In this document: positions 1 to 12,275 of the stretch, in pieces | Layout of the letters: each line of letters starts with the position of its first letter | How positions within the stretch are numbered: the stretch's first letter is position 1 | Assembly: GCF_001194135.2 (NCBI RefSeq) | Contig: NC_068990.1 | Coordinates: forward strand, 3,507,176-3,571,175 | Reading direction: 5' to 3' | Source: Octopus bimaculoides | Taxonomy: Eukaryota | Length of the DNA stretch: 64,000 bases | The notes under the pieces: generated by a model | Seen by the model: the letters and a program-made list of their open reading frames with translations, nothing else | Database searches by the model: none | Told to the model about the DNA's origin: nothing | Made by a program: the position numbers and the translations under genes

Positions 1-560
1 GTGTGTGTGTGTGTGTTGTTAGTAATCTTAATGTATTTTTAATCGTGGCGACAGTTTCGTCTCTGTTTTGTGTATTGCAATTTTTTCGCTCAGAGATTTC
101 GTTAGTCGATAGATATAATTTTGATATAAAAAAAAACTAACAACATACGATCGTATCCTGAATTCAAATCATTTAATTTTCTTGAATTAAAAAAAAAAAC
201 GGGAGAGTAAAATCATAAGAAGAAAAATAAGCAAATGGAAATGAAGTTTAGCCTTTATATAAGAAAGAAAATTAAGATAAATTAACTTTCTTTTAAGAAT
301 AGTTTCATTCGTCAAATCAATATGTAAATAGAGATTAATTCGACAACTTAATTGACACCTTCGCATCTTATGTCTGTAAGATCTTTTTCAACAAAAGTGT
401 GCTAAGGTTTATATTCAGGAAAAATGCGCTGAACTTAAATTTTTACTTAATAGAAACAGAACTTTTAGTGGAATATAACTCTATATACAAGAATCATAGT
501 GTTGTATTCTAGATACTTGCATAGCTAAAATTTAGGCAAATTTTACACACATATAGGCAC

Positions 561-665
561 AGACGTGGCTGTATGGTTAGAAGCTTGCTTCCCACCCACA
601 TGGTTCTAGGTTCAGGCCTCCTGCGTGACACCTTGGGTAAATGTTTTCTACTATAGCCTCGGTCT
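561..665 (+). mobile_element. SINE family B, 5' head, truncated by (TA)n and an assembly gap
   Basis: GTGGCTGTATGGTTAGAAGCTTGCTT..CCACATGGTTCTAGGTTCA..CTGCGTGACACCTTGGGTAAATGTTTTCTACTATAGCCTCGG aligns by eye with the full copy at 42813-43284 (minus); decayed A/B-box-like motifs. Confidence 0.8.
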
Positions 666-685
666 ATCATATATATATATATATA

Positions 686-1218
686 NNNNNNNNNNNNNNN
701 NNNNNNNNNNNNNNNNNNNNNNNNNNNNNNNNNNNNNNNNNNNNNNNNNNNNNNNNNNNNNNNNNNNNNNNNNNNNNNNNNNNNNNNNNNNNNNNNNNNN
801 NNNNNNNNNNNNNNNNNNNNNNNNNNNNNNNNNNNNNNNNNNNNNNNNNNNNNNNNNNNNNNNNNNNNNNNNNNNNNNNNNNNNNNNNNNNNNNNNNNNN
901 NNNNNNNNNNNNNNNNNNNNNNNNNNNNNNNNNNNNNNNNNNNNNNNNNNNNNNNNNNNNNNNNNNNNNNNNNNNNNNNNNNNNNNNNNNNNNNNNNNNN
1001 NNNNNNNNNNNNNNNNNNNNNNNNNNNNNNNNNNNNNNNNNNNNNNNNNNNNNNNNNNNNNNNNNNNNNNNNNNNNNNNNNNNNNNNNNNNNNNNNNNNN
1101 NNNNNNNNNNNNNNNNNNNNNNNNNNNNNNNNNNNNNNNNNNNNNNNNNNNNNNNNNNNNNNNNNNNNNNNNNNNNNNNNNNNNNNNNNNNNNNNNNNNN
1201 NNNNNNNNNNNNNNNNNG
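686..1218. other. Assembly gap; others at about 6218-6383, 7773-7842, 16560-16974, 36518-36698, 37596-37797, 40337-40401, 51398-51950, 61739-61891
   Basis: N runs seen directly; all but the 40.3-kb gap are flanked by microsatellites. Confidence 0.98.
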
Positions 1219-1446
1219 GTATATATATTTTTTTTAACGTTTGAAAACGCCACTATATAAGATTAATTATTAATTTTCTCTGAGATATTTTACATGTTTC
1301 GGTTCTTGAAAATCGAACCTTATCAAAAATACATATTCTAAAAAAGGTAATTAAAAGAAAAGTTCATAATTGTTTCTTACTGGTGTCAACAGAGTTCACG
1401 TGGAAGCGTTTTATGTGTGGGGATATATTGACTTGAATCGTTGACT

Positions 1447-1479
1447 GTAGTGTAGTAGTAGTAGCAGTAGTAGTAGTAC

Positions 1480-1526
<47 letters not shown>

Positions 1527-1657
1527 ACCGTGTTGGTAGTGGTAAACGAGAATGACCGTTGTCCGCGATAGCAGCAGTAGTTAATTGGCTGTAAGAGTAG
1601 AGGAAGCAGCAGCAGTAGCAGCAGTAGTAGTAGTAGTAGTAGCGTGGACCATTGTTT

Positions 1658-1689
<32 letters not shown>

Positions 1690-1700
1690 TATCGTGGCGG
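1447..1700. repeat. Interrupted (GTA)n/(GCA)n microsatellite
   Basis: Direct; explains the poly-T/Y/L ORF 1364-1750. Confidence 0.95.
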
Positions 1701-1779
1701 TGGTGGTGGAGTTGTAGAATTCTTTTTTTTTTACTTTTTGGGATAACCAATATATGGTTTTAATGTTCCTGGCGCAGGG

Positions 1780-2200
1780 TGTTTAAACTTGGTCCGAATT
1801 TTCTAATAAAATGAAGCTCTTTGTTTTGACGTTGTGTAAAGTTCGCGTTGTTATTGAATTGGAAAAGTGGGAAAGTTGTAAACTTTGGATTTTATTCGGT
1901 GTACATCTGTCTATGTGGTTGCTGACAGGTATTTTCATGTATTCAGGATTCCTAATTTGAGATTTATGTACTGCCATCCTTTTTCGTAGGCTGGTTTTTG
2001 TATGGCCTATATATTGCCTATTGCATCCTGCGCATGTTATAACATAAATTAAGTTTTCCGATGCACAGGTGAAGTTTGTTCTGATGGTGAAATGATGGCC
2101 CTGTTCTAATGTGTATTCCGAACCTTCTACTAAGATGATACAAATCCCACATACAGGAGCAAATGCGATTTGCTTTATCTTTCTGCAAATACAGAATGCT
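1780..2200 (-). mobile_element. Penelope-like element fragment 1, GIY-YIG endonuclease
   Basis: Translation CGICIILVEGSEY...FTIRTNFTCASENLIYVITCAGCNRQYIGHTKTSLRKRMAVHKSQIRNPEY..IPVSNHIDRC has the LIY..YIG motif and the flanking Cys pattern of PLE endonucleases; frameshift near the C-terminus. Confidence 0.9.
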
Positions 2201-2260
2201 TTACTATTATATGGGGAATAATATATGGGGAATATTATATGTGGAATAATATGGGAAATT

Positions 2261-2457
2261 CTAAATGTTGTGACAGACGCTCCCAGGCGAGAAGTGGGCG
2301 AGTCCACTGCTCATAAATACTGGACTGACACAGTCAGTAGGGTCAATCAACGAAGGTACGCCGTTCGGACCAGTCCCGTAGAGACGACGAAATACGTCAT
2401 CATAGGGCATATCAGTTTTGACGAGGGTTCGAACGATATCGCCACTGGAACATATCA
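2261..2457 (-). other. Unassigned GC-richer island; candidate terminal coding exon (ICSSGDIVRTLVKTDMPYDDVFRRLYGTGPNGVPSLIDPTDCVSPVFMSSGLAHFSPGSVCHNI*)
   Basis: Open frame to TAG at 2261-2263; AG acceptors before 2457 (ttttag) and 2444 (ttccag); peptide not recognised; a plus frame is also open. Confidence 0.3.
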
Positions 2458-4357
2458 CTAAAATTGATAAATTTTGAGTTAGCAACACAATACTGAATTC
2501 TAAGTCATCTTTTGAGTATGGAGAATATAGTTGAACACAATTCCATGAAATTTCACATCCGAAGAATTTTTTTTTTTACAAAATGACGTTTATGTAATTT
2601 GTCTATAAGGATTTTAGATGTAAAATTATTATTACCATGTTCATATAAATCGTTCTCCAACAGTTTCGATCGTTATATTAAATAACTTTGTTGCATTGCT
2701 TATACAAATGCTTCTCCGTAACACAGACAGCAAACACAATACTTGCGTTTATTTCATTACAATAAACTTTCAGAGTGTCAATATTTATATTCTGTATATA
2801 GTTCAGTTGTATTGGCCAATATCTCCCAACGAACCAGTTGGTTATGTGTTTCCCATGTTTAGAGTTTTTGAGATATATAGAGATATTTATTTTGAAATAT
2901 TTTCATACTCAGCTACTAACATCCAGCGATTTGCCATTGTATTTCGATTTATGTTCTAACCTGTATAACATTACGGAAAGATATAAAACTAGAACAAACG
3001 GTGAGGTCTCTCTTCGATCCACTGGTCCGCTAGAAATATCAGCTATCTGTCCATCCGATTAAACCTTGTGAAAAAGGAAAAAATCATTGGATAAAGTTAC
3101 TGCATGCTAATTATGCTGCAGAAAATTGGTATGGCCATGGCTGGGTTGTCGTTGAGTATACTTTGCTCAATCAGATCTGATCGGAGACTACATAACACAC
3201 GCATGCATAAACTTAACGTTCTCAACAAAGACATATATGGACATTTGAAGATAAGTATATTTGAAGTTGTAAAGTTAATATACAACTCTTCGATTTGCTA
3301 TTTATTTTGAAATGATGCAGTATTTATTGTTTAAATATCGGAACACTCTTAGTGAAATAAAATATTAATTTTTTAAAATACGCGAAATACACTGAAATTT
3401 GTTTATGAAGCCTGAAGAACATTTCAGATAAGAAGTAGAAGATATGGCGTAAATAAATAACATAATTCAAAATATATTTACTTTCTTTGTGCTTGTTTTG
3501 ATGAAAACTTTCTGGATAGCAGTACTTAGAAACTAATTTTAAGATACACATTATTATTTGCTATTGATGTTTTGGCATACATAATATTTCACATCAACTA
3601 ATAAAATAAGCTCCATCAGGTCTGATCAAAGTAAATTGAATTTAGATATGTTACAATATAGCAATATATACAATTATGTCCTTGTATAGAACTTCTTTTC
3701 AAAATGTTGATATTACTTACTAATTGAAAAAGATAACTTGACATTTAGAAGAGACTAACTGCTGAATCACTCTGGCAATAGGGCAAGGGTCATGCATAAA
3801 TGTGGACAGATTCGGAAAAATGAGTAGTACAAGAGATGAAATTTTGAAGTAGATGCCGTGCCCCAAGCGAAATGATAAAAAAAAAAAACAGGCCGAGGAA
3901 AAGGCCAAAGTAAGTTCTGGATACAACCAATACTGGAACAATTACTGAATGGTGTGTAATGTTGTAAATTGAAGTGAATATGAAGTCAGTTTACTTAAGC
4001 TTATTGAATCTTCGAAATGTATTGTCAGTATGACTATTATGATGAGGTTTGGGAATTTTATTTACTGAAATACAAGATAAAACCAATGGAAGTCTAGGAA
4101 AAGAAACTAATTACCTAAGAGAGTTGTTTAAGGTTAACATGAAAGACTAAAACTTCGATAGTAATTATTGTTGTTGTTAATGCTGCTATATATCTCGGGA
4201 CCGAGTAAACCTTTCATCAAAGACCTTCCAGCCACACCCATTCCCATTTCGTTTTGGGGAATACTTTGTTGCAGAGGTAAGTTATACTGTATGACGTTTT
4301 TCTTCTTTAGCAAAAAGGAGTATGATTAAGAGAGCTAGCCGCTATATATGCGTGTTT

Positions 4358-4394
<37 letters not shown>

Positions 4395-4674
4395 TCTGTC
4401 TGTCTGTCTATGTCTCTGTGCTTATGGCTCAGTGTGTTCGTGTGTGTGTGTATGTGTTTCTGTGTGTATTTGTGTATCTATGTGTGTGTGTTTGTATGTG
4501 TGATATGTGTGCATGTATTATCACAAATATGTATGAAATTAAAGAAATGATAAGAGAACAGGAATGATATAATCAACTTCATTAGCTGTTTCTGCGATGT
4601 AAAGCGGAACACTCAACTCTGAGTTCCCTGCAGCTTAGAGCTTACAACTGAAGGAAGTTGATTACGCATGTGTT

Positions 4675-5117
4675 TCAAATCGAAACCTGTGACCGTACTG
4701 GTGCTCCTCCCGTATTATAACCTTTAACCTTTTCAATAGCCATTCTTTTGTGATTGGCTTTTGGTGAAGATAGGAGTTCGATATCACTGCACACTTTTGA
4801 GTTTCATGCCGTGGTGTAAATTCGTCTGAGGCCTTGGTTAGCAGGGGTTAAAGTTGTTCCTTGAAACCATCGATTCTAACATCATGTAAATCTCTCAGAC
4901 GTTTTGGCGGGATATTAAATAGCTGTGGGCTTTTGAATCCCAAGTTGTTGCAGTAAAAGGTCCTCACTCTAGACGGCGGAGACTTTGGAACATTGCAGTG
5001 ACGTCTAGTTCGAGGGCCGGTTGAACTCTCAGTGCCAAATCCTGAAGTATCTTCCGTATATCACCGCATATATCTCCCGTCTTCGCTCTATGGCATCGTA
5101 AGTCTTTCAGTCTCTCC

Positions 5118-5120
<3 letters not shown>
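4675..5120 (-). mobile_element. CR1/L2-group LINE 3' end, copy A (frameshifted ORF2 C-terminus plus tail)
   Basis: Minus translation [15 protein letters not shown] and GFKSPQLFNIPPKRLRDLHDVRIDGFKEQL; tail GGAGCACCAGTACGGTCACAGGTTTCGATTTGAAAC; homologous to 11050-11320 and 51951-52265. Confidence 0.85.
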
Positions 5121-5201
<81 letters not shown>

Positions 5202-6503
5202 TTCCCTCTCTCCCTCTCTCTCTCACACACACACACTCTCTCTCTCTCTCTCTCTCTCCCTCCCTCCCTCCCTCTCATGCCATTATTAGTCGGCAACGTA
5301 GTAGAAGTGCTAGTGAATCAGACAAAATTCTTAGCGGCGTTTCTTCCAGCATAACATTTGCATTTCATCCTTTTGGGATGTAAAATACTTAATTAACTTG
5401 CACCTTTCTCCCAAAATTTCAGGTATTGCGTTTAGAGCAAAAAGAATCATTAAACGTCTGTGTTGTGCGATGATTCCTTAAGTCAGTGCATTAACTTCTA
5501 TTCCTAATAAACAGAGATGACGGTTAGTAAAGATACACTTTATTCCATCAAACCTCCCTTATAGTTTTCTCCTTTTACTCGCTGTAAGTAAATACACATA
5601 GAACAAACCTGACACCAAAACTCACAGAACATTGTTGGTATGCATTTTCATTAGTGAATCATAACCTCTCAAAAACTACTTACACATTTCCCAACATCTT
5701 ATCTACCAGTAATCTACTTGTTTGAAATAATCATCTATCGTTCTTCCTGCGAAACTTGTCACACGATCAGATACGAAATTAATGATATGATATGATTACT
5801 AACAAGAGATATTCAATCATAAACGCGTAACTAAAGTTATATGTAAAGTTCAGGATGAAATATTACAAAATGTATTCAACATTTTTTATCAGACATTTTA
5901 GTGTGTTACAAAGCTAATTTGCAGCAATCCTATTTCATGATAAAATAAAATTTCAAAACATATTTCAAAACATATTAGACTTATTACAAACATATTACTT
6001 CACAAATGTAGCCAATTACATCTTAATATCACATGGATTACATTGTGAAATATAACAGGCATTTTCCTATACTAAAACGTTTGAATATCTGTTAGAAATA
6101 TTTCGACATATTATAAAGCATTCAGTCATTTTAAAATGCATTAGGAGATAATGCATCGATATAGATAGTGCATCAGTGTGTGTATGTATGCGTATATATA
6201 TATATAAATAATATATANNNNNNNNNNNNNNNNNNNNNNNNNNNNNNNNNNNNNNNNNNNNNNNNNNNNNNNNNNNNNNNNNNNNNNNNNNNNNNNNNNN
6301 NNNNNNNNNNNNNNNNNNNNNNNNNNNNNNNNNNNNNNNNNNNNNNNNNNNNNNNNNNNNNNNNNNNNNNNNNNNNNNNNNNNTATATATATATATATAT
6401 ATATATGTACATGTGTGTATGTGTGCGTGGATGTGTGTGTGAATGTGTGTGTGTATGCAGCCTTATACATATTTACATACACACATACATATATATATAT
6501 ATG

Positions 6504-6536
<33 letters not shown>

Positions 6537-6929
6537 ATGTGTGTGTGACTGTTTGGATAAAGATGTCATATGCGAGCTACCACAATTTTATGCTCGAGTA
6601 AATTGCATGAGTATGTATAGTATACTGTACCCGAGCCGGCAATTCTTTAGACTTGCTACTCGCTGAGAAAATGTCATAAAACTGCATGAAAATTATAAAG
6701 GAAAATACGAATAAAACCTAATAAATGTTCCTAGGAGAAGGGGTATAATTTCGTTCATGAAATATTGTTTCTGACCCTTTGACACGTTCACTATAGATTA
6801 TTTTTAATGTTGAGTTTAGTGTGTTTAAACTAAATACTGTTATCTAAAAAACGAGTGATAGATGAATGATGGGAAGGATAAGGTACGTTAAAATCTAATG
6901 ACTTGTGCGTCTTCTAGTTTAATAAAAGG

Positions 6930-7400
6930 AACTTGTCGAGATTTATGCCTTTCTTAAAGATCCCAGCTCTCGAGTTTAGAATTTCGGTACCGTTCTTCTA
7001 TCTAATAACGATTTCTTTCGGTTACACAAAACCTGCACTTACCTGACCCATTTATATATGGTTTAGATCTCTCTACGATGTTCCACTTAATATTGAGTGG
7101 TATATTGCTGTCCCCCAGGTTTCAGATATGGCTTACTTGCTGAAGTGTATTCCTTTTGCCTAGCATTTGAAAGCAAGTTGATGGTTGTCGTGTATCATTT
7201 TACATTCGAATTCGCACAGTCCATTGTAATGGTTTACGGTTCCCTTGTTTGGCGGAACCGAAATGGCCCTGGCTTCGTAAATGACTTAATTTAACCATGA
7301 ATATTCAGTCTAGTAAGCATGTACCTAAATTCCTGGAGTCAGTATCTTGGTTTGTTACGTGAAACGGTTTGTTATGTGAAAAAGTGATCCAATATTAATT
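6930..7400 (-). mobile_element. Penelope-like element fragment 2, decayed GIY-YIG C-terminal half
   Basis: HYNGLCEFECKMIHDNHQLAFK..HI*NLGDSNIPLNIKWNIVERSKPYINGSGKCRFCVTEK resembles the PLE YIG..FK.R..NH..F..LSK.IW.LK..IKW.I....PY..G...C.LC..EK pattern. Confidence 0.8.
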
Positions 7401-9627
7401 AAATTCTACTTTGTCCTCTATCCTCCTTAACTATTATGACCAATGCATATATAAAAAAATATCCATAATCCTGAAAGTTAATCATTTACCCAACAGCCAG
7501 ACACATAAGAGAAAATCTTCAACTGATGTTAAGTGAAACTTCCCAACAAAAGTGGCCCCAACACTAAAAACCTTCAAGTATCTCACTTTAAAAATGGGCA
7601 CTTATAATGTTTATATTTATCTCTCATTGAATTCAGTTTTCCGTTGTTGATTCTATCGACGAGTGATCTGTACACTATCTATATATATCTCTATCTATCT
7701 AAATATATGTGTGTGTATGTGTGTATACGTTTGAGTATATATGTATGCGTGTGCCTGTATATATATATATATNNNNNNNNNNNNNNNNNNNNNNNNNNNN
7801 NNNNNNNNNNNNNNNNNNNNNNNNNNNNNNNNNNNNNNNNNNTATATATGTATGTATATATAGATAACAATCTCTTGTCTAATAAATATGCAGTGCTTTC
7901 ATCATGTTAATTTATCACAAAAACGAATTTAATAAAATAGCGCCACCGTAAATGATGATATTTTAAACGACACTCTGCGTCCCTCGTTATGAATTCTTTT
8001 TCAGCAAACGTCTAGAATGAAGATAATGACATTTGATATGGCAATAGGTTTTTATGACAGAGTTGAGGCTTGCAGGAGTTATAAAGTATTTCTGAGTTCA
8101 AAAACTACAATTTAAGTGCACAACCTTGATTATCTTACGCGAAATTACCCTAATATAAATTACACTGTATCATATTCAATTAGGTCTAATATTGGAAATG
8201 AAGGCAAACCAGTTTTCAATGAATTTGCTAGATTTTGCTAGATCATTAAACGAGTAATTCATATTAGCACTCGTACGCGCGCGCGCACACACACACACAG
8301 TTAAAAAATAAACCATGGATAATTTATTGACCAAACTCGTAATTTTTTGAAATTAAATCCTCCAGAGGAAACAAGACAACAGTCGAGACACTTCTCACAG
8401 ACCAATTGAATAAAATAAAAAGGAACTTTTTAGCTTATTTCTAATTAATAACAAAGCTCACAACAGGAGGTTTTCGATACAGGCTAAGAATCCGACATTT
8501 TCAACCAGGTTTCCTACAGAAATAAATTGGAAAGCAGTCTTAGTTGCAAGATGGCACTTTTGTTGAAACAATGCGAAAAAATTTCATGAAGTACTGATTA
8601 CAGCACATACAAAAGAATGTTTGTGCGTCTATACTGCTACATATATATATATACTGCTTTAAACACACACACACATGCGCGCACACACACATACACACAC
8701 ATGCACGCATATGTATGTATATATATATATATATTATATACATGTACGTTGATAGATAGCTAGCTAGATAGATAGATAGATAGATAGATAGATATTCAGA
8801 CAGACAAACAAAGACGGACAAGCAGTCATGCAGGCTGATAAGCAGGCAGATAGGCAGACAGGCAGACAGAAAGGCAGGCATAGGAACTTGTCTGCTGTAT
8901 TTTATATATTAGTTTTGAATCATTAAAACAGAAGTAAAATAGACGAATGAAATTAAAAATAAAATAAAATCTCATATAAAATTTAAATACCTTTGTGTTC
9001 GTAAACAACAAGAGAGACTAACCAGCATAAAGAAAAATATTTAGATAACTCATGTAGAAAAAGTCACATGGATTGACTAAGTATATTTTAACACAGCTGT
9101 ATTTCTTCGTTGTGTAGTATTTTGTTCGCTTCACTTTAGTCAGGTCACTTGTATTGAGCCATTTATTTTCGTAAGAACCAACTCAAATCAATCACAACTG
9201 ACAAGCAATCCACGAAGTGTATTCAACAGAACCAATACGAATGTTTATGAAAGAACACATGATTTTATCTAATAGAGAAATACGTGTAATTTCTAAAGTA
9301 GAATTGAACATTACACTTTGAACTTTTGCGTATATTTATTTTACAATGGTAGGAAAAAGAATGGTAATCACCATAGAATTTCTAGAATTTGTTCGGCAAA
9401 TGAAGATTAGGGTTGATAGTATTAAATTGAAATTTTTTTCTTGCATTTTATTTGTCAGCGTTGTAGAAAGAACATCTATACCAAGATAGGTATTCAAAGC
9501 AATAGAAATAGACGGCATTGAAAAACATGTCTATTTTAAAATCTAAAGAATGCATACTATAGTCACATTTACACACTAATGAATATTCAAAATTAAACAC
9601 AAATACACACACTGACATACACACACA

Positions 9628-9738
<111 letters not shown>

Positions 9739-10581
9739 GTAAGTATATATCAAAATATATATACGTACGCACATACACTCGTGTTCATGTGTGTGTGTGC
9801 GTGTATGTGCATGTGCAGATGTGTATGTATATGTGTAAATGTATGTGGGTGTGTTTGTTTTATGTGTGCTGTAATCATTTAAGTATGTATGTATAACACA
9901 TTTGTGAAAAAAAAATACAATCGAATTCAAAAATACCTTCTACAATATAAGATCTCCAGACAGGCGCAGTAAACATCTCTAAAGTTTCTAGGGAATCGTT
10001 ATATGAAATTTTCGAGTGCTAACATCGATTAAACCTTCGGTATACAATTCAGCTTGCAAATCAACCGTATATATTCACCATAATGTTCAGAACTCTTGGC
10101 ATAGCTATCTTTCTGCTGACTTTGCGTTTCTAGAGTTGAATCAATGGTGAAATTTCTCTAGGGAAAAAATAGAGAAATAATTAGATAGATAGATTACCGT
10201 TTTTCATATAGACGTCTGTTTCTAGCAGCCAAATATTTGCAGCGAGCTGCGAAAAATTCACATTTGGTATATATCTTTCTACGCAAAATGAAACAACGTA
10301 CTACGAAAATTCAAAATTGTACGTTATTTTCCTGACCATAGAAAGTTCAGAGGTTATCGAGGTACAGTGTGATGGTTCGGTTACCACTCACCTATGTCTT
10401 TCTCGAAATAGTTTCATCATTGACTTTGGTATATGAACATATTTGTTACAAAAACATAGCCGTATCAAATGTTGGGAATTTTGTTTCATCTCTCTCTGGC
10501 TCTTTCTGTCTTTGTAATTGCGTATGTGTGACTCTCTTTGTCACTCTATATCTACCTATCTATTTACCTATGTATGTATGC

Positions 10582-10646
<65 letters not shown>

Positions 10647-11049
10647 CACACAATGCAGATGGATGGCTGTATATATGTATATGTGCATACATCAATGTTG
10701 AGATACTGAGTTTATCTATTCATAAATGAATATTTGTATGCATGTATATGTGTATGTGTGTGCGAGCACGTATGCATTTTTGTTACTACTACAGCCCTTC
10801 CCAGGTGATTAAATACGTTCATCAGTTTTTATCACATTTCTGACAAATTTAAACTGTGCGTCCGAAGAATTTACATCACGACGATCTTACTTCGCCTTGT
10901 CCTAGTATATTTCTTGACCCTCTAAAAACCACAATTGTCTCAGTTCACAAATGAATGGGTATTACTCTAGTATTTGTTCATTTTCAGTGACAAAGGCAAA
11001 TCCTTTTTATTTTAATCATTGTAGTCGAAAAGATTATTTTCCTACCAAA

Positions 11050-11320
11050 ATAATTATATGTGATACCCCACAGCTCTTCAATATCTTTCCAAAACGCCTG
11101 AGAGATCTGCATGGTGTGGATGTAAGCGTCTTTAAAACAACAGTGGATTTCTTCCTGTCAACGATTCCAGATGAGCCTACCTCTCGGCAGGAAACACAGA
11201 TGAGGGCAGCGGTATCAAACTCCCTCACATATAAGAGGAGGCTTCAAAAAATAGTGTAGGACAGTTAACAGTGGTGCCCCAGCATGACCGCAGCTTTGAA
11301 GCTGAAACATTTTTAAAGAT
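11050..11320 (+). mobile_element. CR1/L2-group LINE 3' end, copy B, with intact 3' tail
   Basis: PQLFNIFPKRLRDLHGVDVSVFKTTVDFFLSTIPDEPTSRQETQMRAAVSNSL, then GTGGTGCCCCAGCATGACCGCAGCTTTGAAGCTGAAAC. Confidence 0.88.
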
Positions 11321-11409
11321 ATAATAAATAAATTGGACATAGTATAGCTACTATACATACAAGATGTAAGTCTAGCTCTCTTTCTTTCTCTCTCTCTCTC
11401 TCTCTCTCA

Positions 11410-11456
<47 letters not shown>

Positions 11457-12124
11457 GTCTCTGCGCAGTTTTTTTTTTTTTGACGGACACAGAAGAAGCA
11501 TCAATAAAACCAGCATCAGTCATCTACTGACTTTGGATTTTGCAGCTACGCTCCTCATCAATACCTCTCCTTGTTTTACTGCTTGAAATGAATATTGCCT
11601 CTTCTACAACTGTGTACTTTCAACACTTTCTTTACAATGAAAAACATTGAGCTAAATAATAATTAGCTCCATATTGCGATAATTATTATTTATTCTTAAT
11701 TGATTAATATATCGATTACATCATTTTGATCTTGAAACTTTCGTTTAAGATTATAGACTCCAACTAGAAATAAAAGTTACGATATTCATGATAAGAAAAT
11801 GATAGTTTGAGGCTCGATTTTCAATATTTTAAGCTAGTATTACATATGATAGAATGGTAGATAGAATGGTAGATAGTATGCAGACATGGTTCAGCGGCGG
11901 ATTCAATGACGTAGTGCATTTATTATAATCATTCTGTGTTTTGTGTTTTGACTTTGATATTTATCACTCTAGAGACAAGAAAGTAAACATTAATAATATA
12001 CTGAGATCAAACCGATCGAGTCTAAACGCTTGTCTACAATATGTAGACGAAAAGTAATCATTAAGATTACATAGACGAAATTAATCATTAAGATAACATG
12101 GGTTTATCGTTTTAATTATTGATT

Positions 12125-12275
12125 TCGTACATTGGCACAAAGCAACAAATATGTAAGGGGGTGTTGTATAGTCGATTAAATCGACCAAAGTGTTTGGCTT
12201 TTACTATTATTCTCAGCCATGGAACGATAAAGGCAACCTTTGCCTCGGTGATATAGGTCAAAACATATAGGGGAA
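12125..12275 (-). mobile_element. SINE family A, decayed partial copy
   Basis: TTGGCACAAAG..GTCGATTAAATCGAC..ATAAAGGCAA..CCTCGG matches 49603-49818. Confidence 0.7.

Noticed and set aside
625-1260. Long ORFs containing X runs (also near 6.2, 16.5, 36, 37.5, 51.3 and 61.7 kb)
   Set aside because: Artefacts of translating N gaps and dinucleotide repeats
2200-2255. Short tandem 16-17-mer repeats; also 28-mer x2 near 12045-12100 and 15-mer x3 near 50395-50435
   Set aside because: Too few units and no unique spacers; ordinary slippage duplications, not CRISPR-like
3720-3941. Minus ORF with a TA/gtaagt donor
   Set aside because: The plus strand resembles a decayed RTE-like LINE end (W..GH..M..GRG); exon call unsupported
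6640-6720. Possible hammerhead near Penelope fragment 2 (CTGAGAA..CATGAAA)
   Set aside because: Core does not match CUGANGA, stem I is not evident, and it lies antisense to the ORF
7043-7140. Apparent minus-strand exon with a perfect AG/gtaagt donor
   Set aside because: The frame continues through the site as Penelope endonuclease (GSGKCRFCVTEK)
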